A DNA stretch of 64,000 nucleotides, from NCBI RefSeq assembly GCF_006345805.1, contig NC_043003.1, positions 105,338,001 to 105,402,000 on the forward strand. Reading direction: 5' to 3'. The notes beneath the pieces were generated by a model. It was not told the origin of the DNA. It worked only from the letters and a program-made list of their open reading frames with translations, and did not search any database. Shown piece by piece: positions 1 to 12,280 of this stretch; position 1 is the first letter of the stretch; every line of letters starts with the position of its first letter. Position numbers and translations under genes: made by a program. The DNA is from Octopus sinensis. Its lineage: Eukaryota.

Positions 1-152
1 GGATTTAGAGCAAAAACTGGGGGGCTTTCTATAATAAAATTAACGTTACATTAGTTAATAATTAACTGGTTAACGGTTATCGAAGTTAACATTTTGGCTA
101 GCGGATTAACGGTTAACGAAATTAAATTTTCGGTTAACGGTGCCCACCTTTG
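1..152. mobile_element. End of a non-autonomous DNA transposon (hAT-like) with subterminal GTTAAC(G) repeats
   Basis: Multiple GTTAAC/TTAACG motifs ending in a TIR-like GTGCCCACCTTTG. Confidence 0.45.
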
Positions 153-1206
153 ATTGTACGTTGGAACAGTGTAATCCAGCTGCTATTTCTGAAATTCTTA
201 ACAAATCACTGGAATATGCTCATTATGTGGCATAATGAGGGAGTTCTTGTACTTTTCATGAAATTTTGGCATGTTAACAATTCAGTGCAAATTTGACAAC
301 TTTGCTATAGTAAATTAACTAAAACGTACTACAGAGATATAAAAACAATTGTAATAATAATAATAAATAACCTATTTGAAGCGTTTGCGTATTCATTTCG
401 ATCATTCAGGATAGCCAAGCCATTTTTGGATATTCTCTATTGTTGTTGGTAACGTTTTAACGTCGCTTTAGTTTTCAAAAATTTTCCTTTTCTTCTATGA
501 TTGTTTTTGGCTTGAACTTCCTGTGGACAAACTAGGTGATAACTAGCGAATATGGTCTGGAATGTATATTTAAAATTTCTACAGATGCGGATATGAAAAT
601 TAAAAAAAATTTTTTTTAAACCCTAACTAAAAGGAGATAATTTACCGTTTTCATATTCAGAAACTTGGTTTGTTCGTTTGTTTTTTCTTATTAATTTCAC
701 AACTTTCCAAATGAATAATATCAACATATTTCAAGCGTGTCATTAGAAATTATCTATCAATTAACTTTGTCCTGTAATATGCAAAAGTGAAAATGGTACG
801 CTATACTTCAAGATCGCTGGTGTTCATTTTACGATTACAACAAGTAAAATCACACGAACGACGTCTTTTCCATACTTTATTGTCTAGAAAACATGATAAA
901 TATAATGTGATTACCGTAATTAATCCAGAATCTAATTTTATTATTATATTCAATATTTACATTATATTATTGAGCAGCTAAGAAAAAAATTGAAACTTTT
1001 GCAAAAATATGAAAAACGAAGCAAAAAAAATAAAAAACAAAATGCGAACGTGAGAAATAATTTACATTGTAGACTACTCTTTCCTAACTTTCACATTTTA
1101 GGAATCTCTGGAATACATTACGCCCCAAGATAATTGCTATTTATATCTTCATTAATCTTTCTTTCTCTTTCTTGAAGTTTAATTTCATTAGAAATCAACA
1201 AATATA

Positions 1207-1371
1207 GGCGCAGGAGTGGCTGTGTGGTAAGTAGCTTGTTTGTCAACCACATGGTTCCGGGTTCAGTCCCACTGCATGGCACCTTGGGCAAGTGTCTTCT
1301 TCTATAACCTCGGGCCGACCGAAGCCTTGTGAATGGATTTGGTAGACGGAAACTGAAAGAAGCCCGTCGTA
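1207..1371 (+). mobile_element. SINE family A, 5' half
   Basis: Same head as the 5443 copy. Confidence 0.85.
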
Positions 1372-3679
1372 TGTATGTATATATGTGTGTGTGTGTGCGT
1401 GTATTTTTGTTGTGAAAGGTGAATATTTTCTGATGATATTTCAGGGGTAGAGATTACGAATGTGCTAATAAAATTAAATAAGATTTTAAAATTTGGGAGG
1501 AGTTTCGAATCATTCATCCTTCACACTCACAGGGTGCTCATGGAATTAACGTGCAAGTGGCTGAGCACTCCACAGATACGCACACACTGAACGCAGTTCT
1601 CAGGAAGATTCAACGCGACACAGAATGTGTCAAGGCTGGCCCTTTCAACTCATTTTTGCCAGCTGAATAGACTAGAAGTCAAAGATACAACGCGCTGTCA
1701 GGAATCGAACGTACGACCTTTACAACTGTGAGCCGAGCACCCTAACCACTAAGCCATGCAGAAACCTCAACATTACGTAATCTAGATTTTCGAAAACCTC
1801 TTTCCGTAAAATATTTTTAAATTTGCGTTTTTAAGAGATTCCTGAAGAACAAAGTCGGGAAAGTTGGGGGGGGGGAGATTGGTCAGAAACTCATTCAAAA
1901 AATTTACACAAGTTTTTTTTTCTTTTCAAAGTTAGCAACATAATCTACCAACCCGAAAACAGGCATTCCTATAGAACAAAGTCGGAAATAATTTTAGTAA
2001 GCCAAAAACCGTAATTTCTTTGCGTCTATACGTTTTAAGCATCAAAGATTACTAATCTAAAAAAAAAAAGGAAAGAAAGAGGGGATGGACTTGCGCCCAA
2101 CGATTTTCCATAAATTTTTAGTCTTATTATTTTCCCGTTTTTTGTGTTGTTTTTTTTGTTAGGATTTGTGTAAAGCATAAGGGATCTCAGACGTTTAAAA
2201 CATAAATCTGAAAAGAGAGACATCAAAACTAAAACTTTAGGGGAAAGGAAAGACATGCAAACGCACGCGCACACATACACACCCCACTTCAATTAAATTA
2301 ATGATCTACGATGCTTAAGGCATACAGACAAGAAGAAATAACTTTTTTTTTCTTCCCTTGCCCTCTAAATAATTTCCGGCTCTATTCTACAGGAATGCCC
2401 AGAGACTTATCCCTGCTATTTCATTAGAAAATACATATTTTACAGAAAGTTACGCAGAAACAAAATCGGAGGTAGTCACCATAATGTAATTATTCCGAAA
2501 TACCATGAGATAGATTTATTAACAAAAAAATAATAGACTTGAAATTATCATAATTTATTCTGAAAAAGAAACTTAGGTGATCCAGAAAGTTTAGCGTACG
2601 GTAATTATAAATGTAGGATTTTAATTTCCAGGGAGATTTTTCATCAGTAGTATCATTAGCTTTTACTTTTGCTGATCTTTTCTCCGTTGTATAGCATTTA
2701 TTTAAAATTATTTTTGCTATATTTATTTATAATTATAAAAACAATTGCAGCGTGGAAGGTGTTCATAAGCTATTTAAAAACACACAAGGACCGTTAGATT
2801 CACTTCAACATTACTATAATAAACAGTGACTTCGTTTGCTTCACATATAAAGACGGCAATGTGGTTGAACATTGTTCCTTCAGCCAAAATTATTTTAATA
2901 GTGTGTTTATAGTTGTTGTTCGAAAGTTAAAGATCGGCAAAATACTATGTAATTGGTTGTCGTAAATAATTTGATACGCTATAATTTAAAGATCACTTTT
3001 ATTGGCCGGGAAAATTATTTTGTTTAGAAAATCGAAGAAATTGGATTTTAAATCAATTTTTATTTTCAAGTCTACAGGAAAATTTCACACAGTTTACTTC
3101 CCTTCCGTCGACCTCAGTTGAGAGAAACTTTCATCTTTCAACTTCGTTTTTTTCCTTCGTTAGCAAAGTTGCCCTTCTGACTTTCTGCTGTTACAGATAC
3201 GGAAATACAAACGAGGAGGGGCATCTTAAGCAATTCACTTCACCGACAAGTAGTTTATCTCCATTGACCACTAAGAATGTGTTATATGCCAATAATTTTA
3301 CCTTCAAATTAGCTGTGACCTCTCCTAATGGTACATCCTCAATATCATATCACCTTGCAAAAAAAACTTATATTTAGCTGCTGAGAGTGAAAACACGAAT
3401 GCTCTCGTGCAGGCAAACTAGGCTATAAATAACCCCCAGCCACCCCCCACCCGCCAACAGCTTCTTATTCTACAGATTTAAGCAAAAACAGTGTTTCCCT
3501 TTAGCATACATACTCCCTGTTTTTCATAAGTAAAAGAAACAAAATTTCTAATACCAAAATCAATAATCCATAAATATGAATATGAAAATGTAATCATTGT
3601 CATTTAACGCCTGTTTTTCATGCTGGCATGGGTCGGACGGTTTAACTGAAATTGGCAAACTGGAAGAAGCTCAGCTGTC

Positions 3680-3711
<32 letters not shown>

Positions 3712-3854
3712 GTTACAAATTTTGGCAGAAGGCCAAGAATTTCTTGAGAAGGAGTGAGTTGGTTACATCAACCCCAGTGCTCAGTTGGTACCTTGCATCC
3801 GCTAAGCACTCTGTCAGCTTGTCTCCTTAACAATAACAACAAGCAATAATAGTA

Positions 3855-4095
3855 ATGTACACCTGTAGTTATGGATGCCTGAGGAATTATCCCTAAAGAT
3901 TTGAACGGAAGGATAGAGGAAATATGCATAAAACCTAGTTTGGTGCAGCTCCAGAAAACAGTGTTGTTAGGAACAGCCAGGAATACTTAGGAGGGACCTT
4001 GGCATCGAAGGTTATTTGTTGTTGCCTGATGTTAGGAATTTTTCCTTTCTAACTGTTCAATCTGTTGTTCAAATATGAAATAAATAATAATAATG
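3855..4095 (+). mobile_element. Shorter 3' tail of the same RLE family
   Basis: Colinear with about 36700-36940 (aaacctagtttggtgcagctccagaaaacagtgttgttaggaacagc). Confidence 0.75.
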
Positions 4096-4644
4096 TCTGA
4101 GGTCCTTGTGACTTGACAAACTCCCAGTAGATACAATATCTTAAATCAACAGCTTCACGACATTGTATACTGTGTGATGTCTATAATAATAATAACAATA
4201 ATAATGATGATGATGATGATAATAATGATAATAATGTACTGAGAAGAGCATTATTGCTGTGAAAACAACATCCATTCATGAATTTATTTATTTATTAATT
4301 TTCTTTAAATACATATTTTACCTGTGAATTTTTTTTTTGTTTTTTTTTTTATTTTAATTTTAAAAATTAAAAAAAAATTTTTTTTTTTATGTATTAGACA
4401 TTCACTAGTACAACACCAAAAAAAAAAAAAAACCCCAAATATATGGCACAGAACTTCCAACCTGTTGTCTCTTAAGGTCTCTGGGTGAGACTTGGAGCCA
4501 ACTTGTACAGACATAAAGCAAAAGTCAAACATAGAATAATAATAATAATGTTAATAATGTACTGAGAAGAGCATTATTGCTGTGAAAACAACATCCATTC
4601 ATGAATTTATTTATTTATTAATTTTCTTTAAATACATATTTTAC

Positions 4645-4701
4645 CTGTGAATTTGTATGTGTAATCTGTGAATGCATACAATGAGCTTCTCTGCCCTGGG
4701 T
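4645..4701 (-). CDS. Candidate 57-nt exon of a left-hand minus-strand gene
   Basis: Long polypyrimidine tract with ttttccgtag| acceptor and CAG|gtaaaa donor. All three frames are open. Confidence 0.3.
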
Positions 4702-4817
4702 CTACGGAAAACACTCGCCAAGAAATGGAAGAAAATTTTAAGAAAGAAGGAAAAAAAAAACAACAATAATAATAATACCCCAGTGTCACTTTGATGGCAT
4801 GCACTGCTCTCTCATTC

Positions 4818-4848
<31 letters not shown>

Positions 4849-5442
4849 GTTTCAAACTTTGGCACAAGTCCGGCAAATTTGGTGGAGGGCTTAAGTCGAT
4901 TGCATTGACCCCAGTGTTCAACTGGTACTTATTGACCCTGAAAGGTTAAAAGGCAAAGTTCACCTTGGCAGAAGATAAGGACAGGCAAAATGAATGTTAA
5001 GCATTTTGCCTGGTGTGTTAATGATTCTGCCAGTTTACTGCCTTAACAACAACAACCACAACAACAACAACAATACTAATAATAATAATAATAATCCTAT
5101 GTACTTTAGGCTTAAGGCCTGAAAGCTTGATGAGCAGAGGTTGCTGAATTACATCGACCTTCTGTAACTTGCTTTCTTTCACTGACCTTGGAGAGAAGAA
5201 AGGCAAAGGTGACTCAGGATGTAAAGAACCAAAATATGTTTGTTTTTAGTTTAGACACAAGACCAGCACTTTTGAGGGGAAATGATTAATCAATCACACT
5301 GACCCCCATGACTTTAGTTTATCAACCTCAAAACAATGAAAAGTATGGTTAACCCATGCAAGACAATTACCACAAGGCATTTTGTGAGGTGCTCGACTGA
5401 ATCTGCCAATCCATCAGCATTTTGATAATTATTTTTAACATA

Positions 5443-5824
5443 GGCGCAGGAGTGGCTGTGTGGTAAGTAGCTTGCTTACCAACCACATGGTTCCGGGTTC
5501 AGTCCCACTGCGTGGCACCTTGGGCAAGTGTCTTCTGCTATAGCCTCGGGCCGACCAATGCCTTGTGAGTGGATTTGGTAGACGGAAACTGAAAGAAGCC
5601 TGTCGTATATATATATGTATTATTGTGTATGTTTGTGTTCTGTGTTTGTCCCCCTAGCATGGTGTGTTTACGTCCCCGTCACTTAGCGGTTCGGCAAAAG
5701 AGACCGATAGAATAAGTACTGGGCTTACAAAGAATAAGTCCCGGGGTCGATTTGCTCGACTAAAGGCGGTGCTCCAGCATGGCCGCAGTCAAAATGACTG
5801 AAACAAGTAAAAGAGTAAAGAGAG
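5443..5824 (+). mobile_element. tRNA-derived SINE family A, full length
   Basis: A box TGGCTGTGTGG, B box GGTTCAGTCCC, core ccttgggcaagtg, internal (TA)/(TG) microsatellite and (aagagt)n tail. Confidence 0.9.
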
Positions 5825-5827
5825 ATA

Positions 5828-6198
5828 GGTCCTGAGTGTGATCATTACCAGCATCGCCCTACTGGCACTTGTGCTGGTGGCACGTGAAAAGAACATTCGA
5901 GCAAGGTCGTTGCCAGTGCCGCTGGACTGACTCCTGTGCAGGTGGCACATAAAAAGCACCATTGAGCACAACTATTGATAGTACCGCCTGACTGGACCTC
6001 GTGCCGGTGGCACAGAAAAGCACCCACTATAATCTCGGAGTGGTTGGCATTGGGAAGGGCATCCAGCCGTAGAAACTTTGCCAGATCAAGATTGGAGCCT
6101 GGTGCAGCCATCTGGTTCGCCAGTCCTCAGTCAAATTGTCCAACCTATGCTAGCATGGAAAGCAGGCATTAAATGATGATGATGATGATGATGATGAT
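5828..6198 (+). mobile_element. RTE 3' UTR copy (VNTR plus GAT tail)
   Basis: Matches about 13500-13872. Confidence 0.8.
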
Positions 6199-6352
6199 AG
6201 GTCCCAAGGCCTGAAATTTAGGGTGAGGTGATTATACTGGCCCAAGTAGTTGTTGGTACTCTATTTTATCAAATCCAGAAGGATAAAAGAGAAACTTAAA
6301 GAGGTGATATTTATGAACTGTTTTCTCCTGCGTCGTGGTAACGCCACGATAT

Positions 6353-6609
6353 TGTGACGGATGGTTTAGATACACCGTACCAGTGTAAACAAGATAACAG
6401 TGCAGTTGCAATAACATCGTAACAATCCAACAATCACTTCACGAACCAACAATTAATATTCCAAATGAACTAATCAACCGACAACTTCCAACTTCTCTGC
6501 AAACTCAACTGGTACTAACACACAAATTTCTCTCTGACCGCTACAATTTATAATCACTCGGTCCAATCTATTTTTCGCAAGGGGATGTTCTATTCCACTT
6601 GTCATCACA
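6353..6609 (-). mobile_element. Solo LTR candidate
   Basis: TGTGA...TCACA termini, near-match 4-bp TSD (ATAT/ATAA) and a TATAAA box on the minus strand. Confidence 0.5.
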
Positions 6610-6651
6610 ATAATGAACCATGGGTTAAATGATGACATAGAAACTTCTTCA

Positions 6652-7146
6652 TCAATATCTATAAAGCTGAAATGCGAAAAAGTTGTTTGATTTCTTGGTT
6701 ATTTGTCTCATTTTGGGATGGGGATGGTTTAAGGAGCGGTAGATAGGGTCGGATTGGCGCCAAAATTTACACTGGGGGGGAGTTAAATGGGGTGGGCAAT
6801 GGTGTGAGGAGGGTTGCAAGTCGCTCAGGGCTACCGTTTGGTTACCATGGTGAGGAATATGGGAAAGGCAAAGGGAAAAGAGACAACACACACAAAACAA
6901 AACCATCACCAAAACCCAAGTGAAGCACAGGTCAAAATAGCTAGTCTATATATAAAAGAGCATGTGTGTGTTTCTTATGCATTTGAAAACTGATTTGCCG
7001 ATTTTGATTCATGGGGTATCAAAAGATTCAGTAATCTTTTGGCTACCAAATGAACCTTATTTTTTTTTTGCATATTTTCTCTGTTATCTCAACAACCAGC
7101 TTCAGTTTATGAAACACTCTGCTCTACAACGACCAGGTTTCATTAG
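6652..7146 (+). mobile_element. Two head-to-tail non-autonomous Helitron-like elements
   Basis: 5' TC(TATAAAG) start and 3' ...GAAGCACAGGTCAAAATAG-CTAG end at 6944. This is followed at once by a new TCTATATATAAAAG start at 6945. Confidence 0.55.
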
Positions 7147-7271
7147 AAAGTGAAAATACTTTCACTTTCAGTTTGAACCAAAATTACCAAGTGACGATTT
7201 GTGAATAATGAAAGTAATGTTTCTCTGAATTAGTCACATCTGTACTATAAGAAAGTACCTATCTATATATA

Positions 7272-7643
7272 TTGGGTTATCCCATAAGTAATGCAGTTTT
7301 TCAATTGATCCAAAAGCTGGAGCAGTTTGAATGGGAAACGATGCCCCACCCACCATATTCGCCAGACAATGCCCCAATGCCCCATATTTATTCCACAGTC
7401 TTCAAAATCATTTGATTGGAAAAAATATGAATTATATAGATGAGCTCAGAACAGTAGTGGAGGGCTATTTTTTGTCACAGACAAATGAATTTTGGAAGAG
7501 GGGCCTTGCAAGTCTACCAGATAGATGGAAGAGCATTGTAGAAAATGAAGGAGAGTACATTTTAGATTAAAAATGAACTTTATCTTAATTTTGAGAAATA
7601 AAAATAGCGTAAAACAAAACACATTATTTATAAGATGACCCAA
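7272..7643 (+). mobile_element. Short mariner deletion derivative (different family)
   Basis: TA-flanked TIRs TTGGGTTATC.../...GATGACCCAA. Encodes a transposase C-terminus ending ...WKSIVENEGEYILD*. Confidence 0.85.
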
Positions 7644-8369
7644 TAAATAGTTTTAAGTTATCACTCTCTCATCCTCTTCCACCTCATCATCATTTATTTC
7701 CCTTTTTCCATGCTGATATGGGCTGAACAATATGACAGGATCTGAGGGTCCCACAGACTGCACCATGCTCCAGTGTCTACTTCAGTATGGCTTCTACAAC
7801 TGGATGCCCTGACTAACACCAATCCCCTTACAATGAGTACAGGGTGCTTTGTTCATGGCACCAGCACTAGTGAGGTCACCGTGCATCTTTCAAGACTATA
7901 ATCCCCAAAGGAGTTGAGGGAAAATATGGGGATTTGTCTTCTGAGGAGTTTCCAAGAAGGACATGAAGAAGAATTATTCTGTCCATAGAGAGATGTAAAA
8001 GTATATTAGATTCAAATTTTAGCACAAGGCCAGCAATTTCAAAGAAAGAGGTTAAATCAATTACATCGACCCCAGTACATAACTGGTACTTATTTTATCA
8101 ACCCTGAAAAGATGAAAGGTAAAAATCAACCCCAGTGGAATTTGAACTCAGAATATAGAGACGGACAAAATACTGCTAAACATTTTGCCCAGCATAACGA
8201 CAAATCTGCATGACCACCACCCAAGAGAGAGATAAAAATATATTGACATTTTTTGCATTCCAAAGTGAAGATTATAATTTCAAACTTTTAGGTAAACTTG
8301 TAAAGGAAAGGTTTCCTGTTTATCCAATATACACTGTTCGTACATTAATTCATTGTATGCCTGTTTGTA

Positions 8370-8912
8370 TTGGGTTGTCCAGAAAGTTTGTGCCGATTTT
8401 TAAAGGAAAGAAAATGGTCAATAAATACTTGCCATTACATTTTTAATCAACCATTTTGTTGCACAATGTGTCTCCATCTTTCCTTTAAATTGAAAATACC
8501 TTCTTCCCAGAATTGAGGTGGTTTCATGGCAAGGTATCTTTTTACATCATCCAAGGAATTGAAATTTTTACCATTAAGATTATTCTGCAGAGACCTGAAT
8601 AAGTGGAAATCCGAAGGAGCAATATCTGGTGAATATGGAGGGTGGGGTAACACATCCCAGCCGAGCTGCAGCAATTTTTGTCTGGTTCCCAAAGCACCAA
8701 GTGCCGAAAATGAACTTTCTTATCTTCCATTTTAAAGGGTTACAGAATTAACACAGGTTATAGGAACATAAACTTTCTTCCACGAAAAGAGAGCTTAGAC
8801 TGTGCTCTAAATGGAGGTGTAGTCAAATCCTATTTTATGGACTCAACCATGTTCTAAAATAAGTCGAAAGATAAGCTACTATGAATCAGCACAAACTTTT
8901 CGGACAACCCAA
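8370..8912 (-). mobile_element. Internally deleted mariner (non-autonomous)
   Basis: TA-flanked TIRs TTGGGTTGTCC... Retains the transposase C-terminus (PHPPYSPDIAPSDFHLFRSLQN). Confidence 0.9.
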
Positions 8913-8982
8913 TATATTCATTCATTGTATGCCAGTTTTTCAATGCTAGCATTATTGAGGCATTGCCTTGTCACCAACTCAC

Positions 8983-9090
8983 AACTGTTCTTCAAATAAG
9001 AGATGTTCTATTCCACTTGTCATTGAAAGTGCCAAGCTACAGGATGAGTTTTGCAGAATGTCAATAAGTGGCACTGTTTTCCGCTCGGCA
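8983..9090 (-). CDS. Candidate 108-nt exon of a left-hand minus-strand gene (AERKTVPLIDILQNSSCSLALSMTSGIEHLLFEEQ)
   Basis: Pyrimidine-rich acceptor and TT|gtgagt donor placed immediately before an in-frame stop. A single frame is open, in non-repeat sequence. Confidence 0.3.
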
Positions 9091-9284
9091 CTTTCATGTG
9101 AAGACAAGGGATGTAGACATTCTTATACACCCATGCACATAAATACATACATACAAGCAAACACACCCTGTTGTTGATGTTGAAATTCCTTGGTTCTATG
9201 TTAGAAACCAGCTCTTTCTTTATTGACAAAAAAATCTTGAAATAAAACTGAACAATGACACATACATACATCCACACACATATA

Positions 9285-9504
9285 TACTCTTTTACTTGTT
9301 TCAGTCATTTGACTGCGGCCATGCTGGAGCACCGCCTTTAATCGAGCAACTCGACCCCGGGACTTATTCTTTTGTAAGCCCAGTACTTATTCTATCGGTC
9401 TCTTTTGCCGAACCGCTAAGTAACGGGGACATAAACACACCAGCATCGGTTGTCAAGCAATACTAGGAGGACAAACACACTCACACAAACACACACACAC
9501 ACGC

Positions 9505-9570
<66 letters not shown>

Positions 9571-9732
9571 ACGGGCTTCTTTCAGTTTCCGTCTACCAAA
9601 TCCACTCACAAGGCTTTGGTCGGCCCGAGGCTATAGTAGAAGACACTTGCCCAATGTGCCATGCAGTTGGGACTGAACCCGGAACCATGTGGTTGGTTAG
9701 CAAGCTACTTACCACACAGCCACTCCTGCGCC
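9285..9732 (-). mobile_element. SINE family A
   Basis: Reverse complement of the family consensus. Confidence 0.9.
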
Positions 9733-10233
9733 TATGTATGCGCATACTCTCACACACACATGCACATTCACTCACACACTCATACGCAAACATATGCATG
9801 TAGGAATTATCCTAGGTTATAAATAGTATCCTTGAAAATCTTGCTGTATTATGGAGTTCCAAAATGTGAAACACATTTTCCTTCTGAATTCCATCCACGT
9901 TCATTGATTTCCACATAGCATGGAATCCAATAGTGAAACAGGTTTCGCATTACAACACTCTGTGTTGCAGCAATGCTTCCATAACATGGCAGCAGCCTGC
10001 TCACAGGAGTGCGTATGCACACACATGCACACACACATACATACATATGCACATGTACACACATACATATACATGACCTGTTATGATTTTTTTGTTGAAA
10101 AGAAAACACTCAATGAAAAAATAGACAAAAGCAGTGATTGTGTATAATACAGTTGGTGATTTTGTTTCATATAAAAACTATAATACAAGACCACACAGCA
10201 TTGGCAGTCAGGTCTATGCTAATATATATAATA

Positions 10234-10278
<45 letters not shown>

Positions 10279-10314
10279 GTATATTATATATATATATAAT
10301 ATATATATATATAT

Positions 10315-10510
10315 CATCATCATCATCATCATCGTTTAACGTCCGCTTTCCATGCTAGCATGGGTTGGACGGTTCAACTGGGGTCTGGCAAGCCCGAAGG
10401 CTGCACCAGCCAGTCAGATCTGGCAGTGTTTCTACAGCTGGATGCCCTTCCTAACGCCAACCACTCCGAGAGTGTAGTGGATGATTTTATGTGCCACCGA
10501 CACAGGTGCC
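10315..10510 (-). mobile_element. Short RTE 3' UTR copy (another at 11197-11390)
   Basis: (CAT)n followed by gtttaacgtccgctttccatgctagcatggg... Confidence 0.8.
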
Positions 10511-10635
10511 AATATATATATATATAATTAATCAATATAGGGTGGCAAAAAAAAAAAAAATTTTGTAGAATTTTTCTGCCACCAGCGGCCTAGTGGGAAA
10601 AAATTAAATAGTCATAGACCATTTTTAAGTTCAAC

Positions 10636-10937
10636 ATCAACAATCAAGGAACGGCCATAATAGGCCATTGACCCACTAGAAATAACAGCCAAAGCTTCAA
10701 CCGCAAATAAAAATTAATTCCGTAAACCAGGAGAAAATTTAAAAAACATTTACCCTGTAATTTCTTATACGATGCACCGTTTCATCTGATGAAACGGTGC
10801 ATCGTATAAGAATTACAGGGTAAATGTTTTTTAAATTTTCTCCTGGTTTACGGAATTAATTTTTATTTGCGGTTGAAGCTTTGGCTGTTATTTCTAGTGG
10901 GTCAATGGCCTATTATGGCCGTTCCTTGATTGTTGAT
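10636..10937. repeat. Near-perfect 302-bp palindrome
   Basis: Arms 10636-10786 and 10788-10937, 1-nt spacer, one 1-bp indel. Confidence 0.95.
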
Positions 10938-11118
10938 ATATATATATATATATATATATAACGGGAAGCTTTATGAAAATAAACAAAAGACGAAGGCAGG
11001 TGGAATACAAACAAACAATTGTATTAGTATGGCGCTCAGGAATATAAATAAAACAAGTCTTTTAAGTTTCGAGCCTACGCTCTTCAACAGAAAGATACAC
11101 AGAAAGAAACACGGAGAG

Positions 11119-11160
<42 letters not shown>

Positions 11161-12035
11161 CATACATATATATACACATACATACATATTTATCACCATC
11201 ATCATCATCGTTTAATGCCCACTGTCTATGATGGCATGAGTTGGACGGTTTGACTGAGGTCTATAGAGCCAGCGGCTGCACCAGGCTCCAATCTGATCTG
11301 GCAAGGTGTCTACAGCTGGATGCCCTTCCTAATGCCAACCACTCTGAAAGTGTTGTGGGTGCTTTTTATATGTCATTGGCATGGGGGCTAGGGTTAAAAT
11401 AGGTTTGAATAAAATTTTCTTCTATTCCAGTCTCGGTCACAACTAACTGCCTGACAATGTTGTGATATTTCTGCAGCTTTAATAAAAAAAAAAAAGCATA
11501 TTACTCTCATTCGGTATTTGAGTACAAAACTTATGTGCTTATTTCTGTATATTAGTACAATATATATATATATATATACACATATATATATATACATACG
11601 CAAACACACACACACACACACATACAGACTTTGAGGAAGTTATATCCACATAAGAGATTGTTAAAAACAATCCTGATACCACCTGGGTTTGACAAATATA
11701 TTGATAAGAAGATCATTAATATACATGTGTATAAACAGTCTCATAAAGTTAGAAAGTCAATGATAGAAAATGGAGAAGAAAAGTTAAAAAGATGCTTGGT
11801 TCATTTTATTTGTATTACAATTGGAAAAGTAATTCAAATTAAAAGATGAATAGACACACCTGTTAGAGTAGGTGGACTATTTGGTTGGTTGAGGCAGTTT
11901 CTTTTATACTCTTATTGGTAAGTTTGTTCATCTTCCAATTTGAATTACTTTCCCAATTGTAATACAAATAAAACAAACCAAGCATCTTTTTAATTTTTCT
12001 TCTCCGTTTTCTTTTATTAACTTTTTAATTATATA

Positions 12036-12280
12036 TCTATTGTATAAAATCCGTTCTGTCTGTGTGTGTGTTTGTGTGTGTATCTTCTAGGATCTCGGGT
12101 ATCCTCCATCCAATTGCACTCAAATTTGATATGTAGATACCTACGGTATCAAGGTGTGTATTATAAGTCTTGAAAAAATTACAAAAATCGATTCCAGGTG
12201 AGAATGCGATTGATAAAGGAACGTGCATTTGTACGCGCAAGTACATCAGCAATGTGGTTTACAAGGCTGCACTCTGCTAG
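12036..12280 (+). mobile_element. Non-autonomous Helitron-like element
   Basis: A|TCTATTGTATAAAATCCGTTCTGTCTGTGTG start and CTAG end at 12280. Confidence 0.45.

Noticed and set aside
3197-3377. Open frames on both strands with a plus-strand acceptor (YGNTNEEG...FTFKLAVTSPNG)
   Set aside because: There are no partner exons and only a vague resemblance to known domains, so it is not distinguishable from chance.
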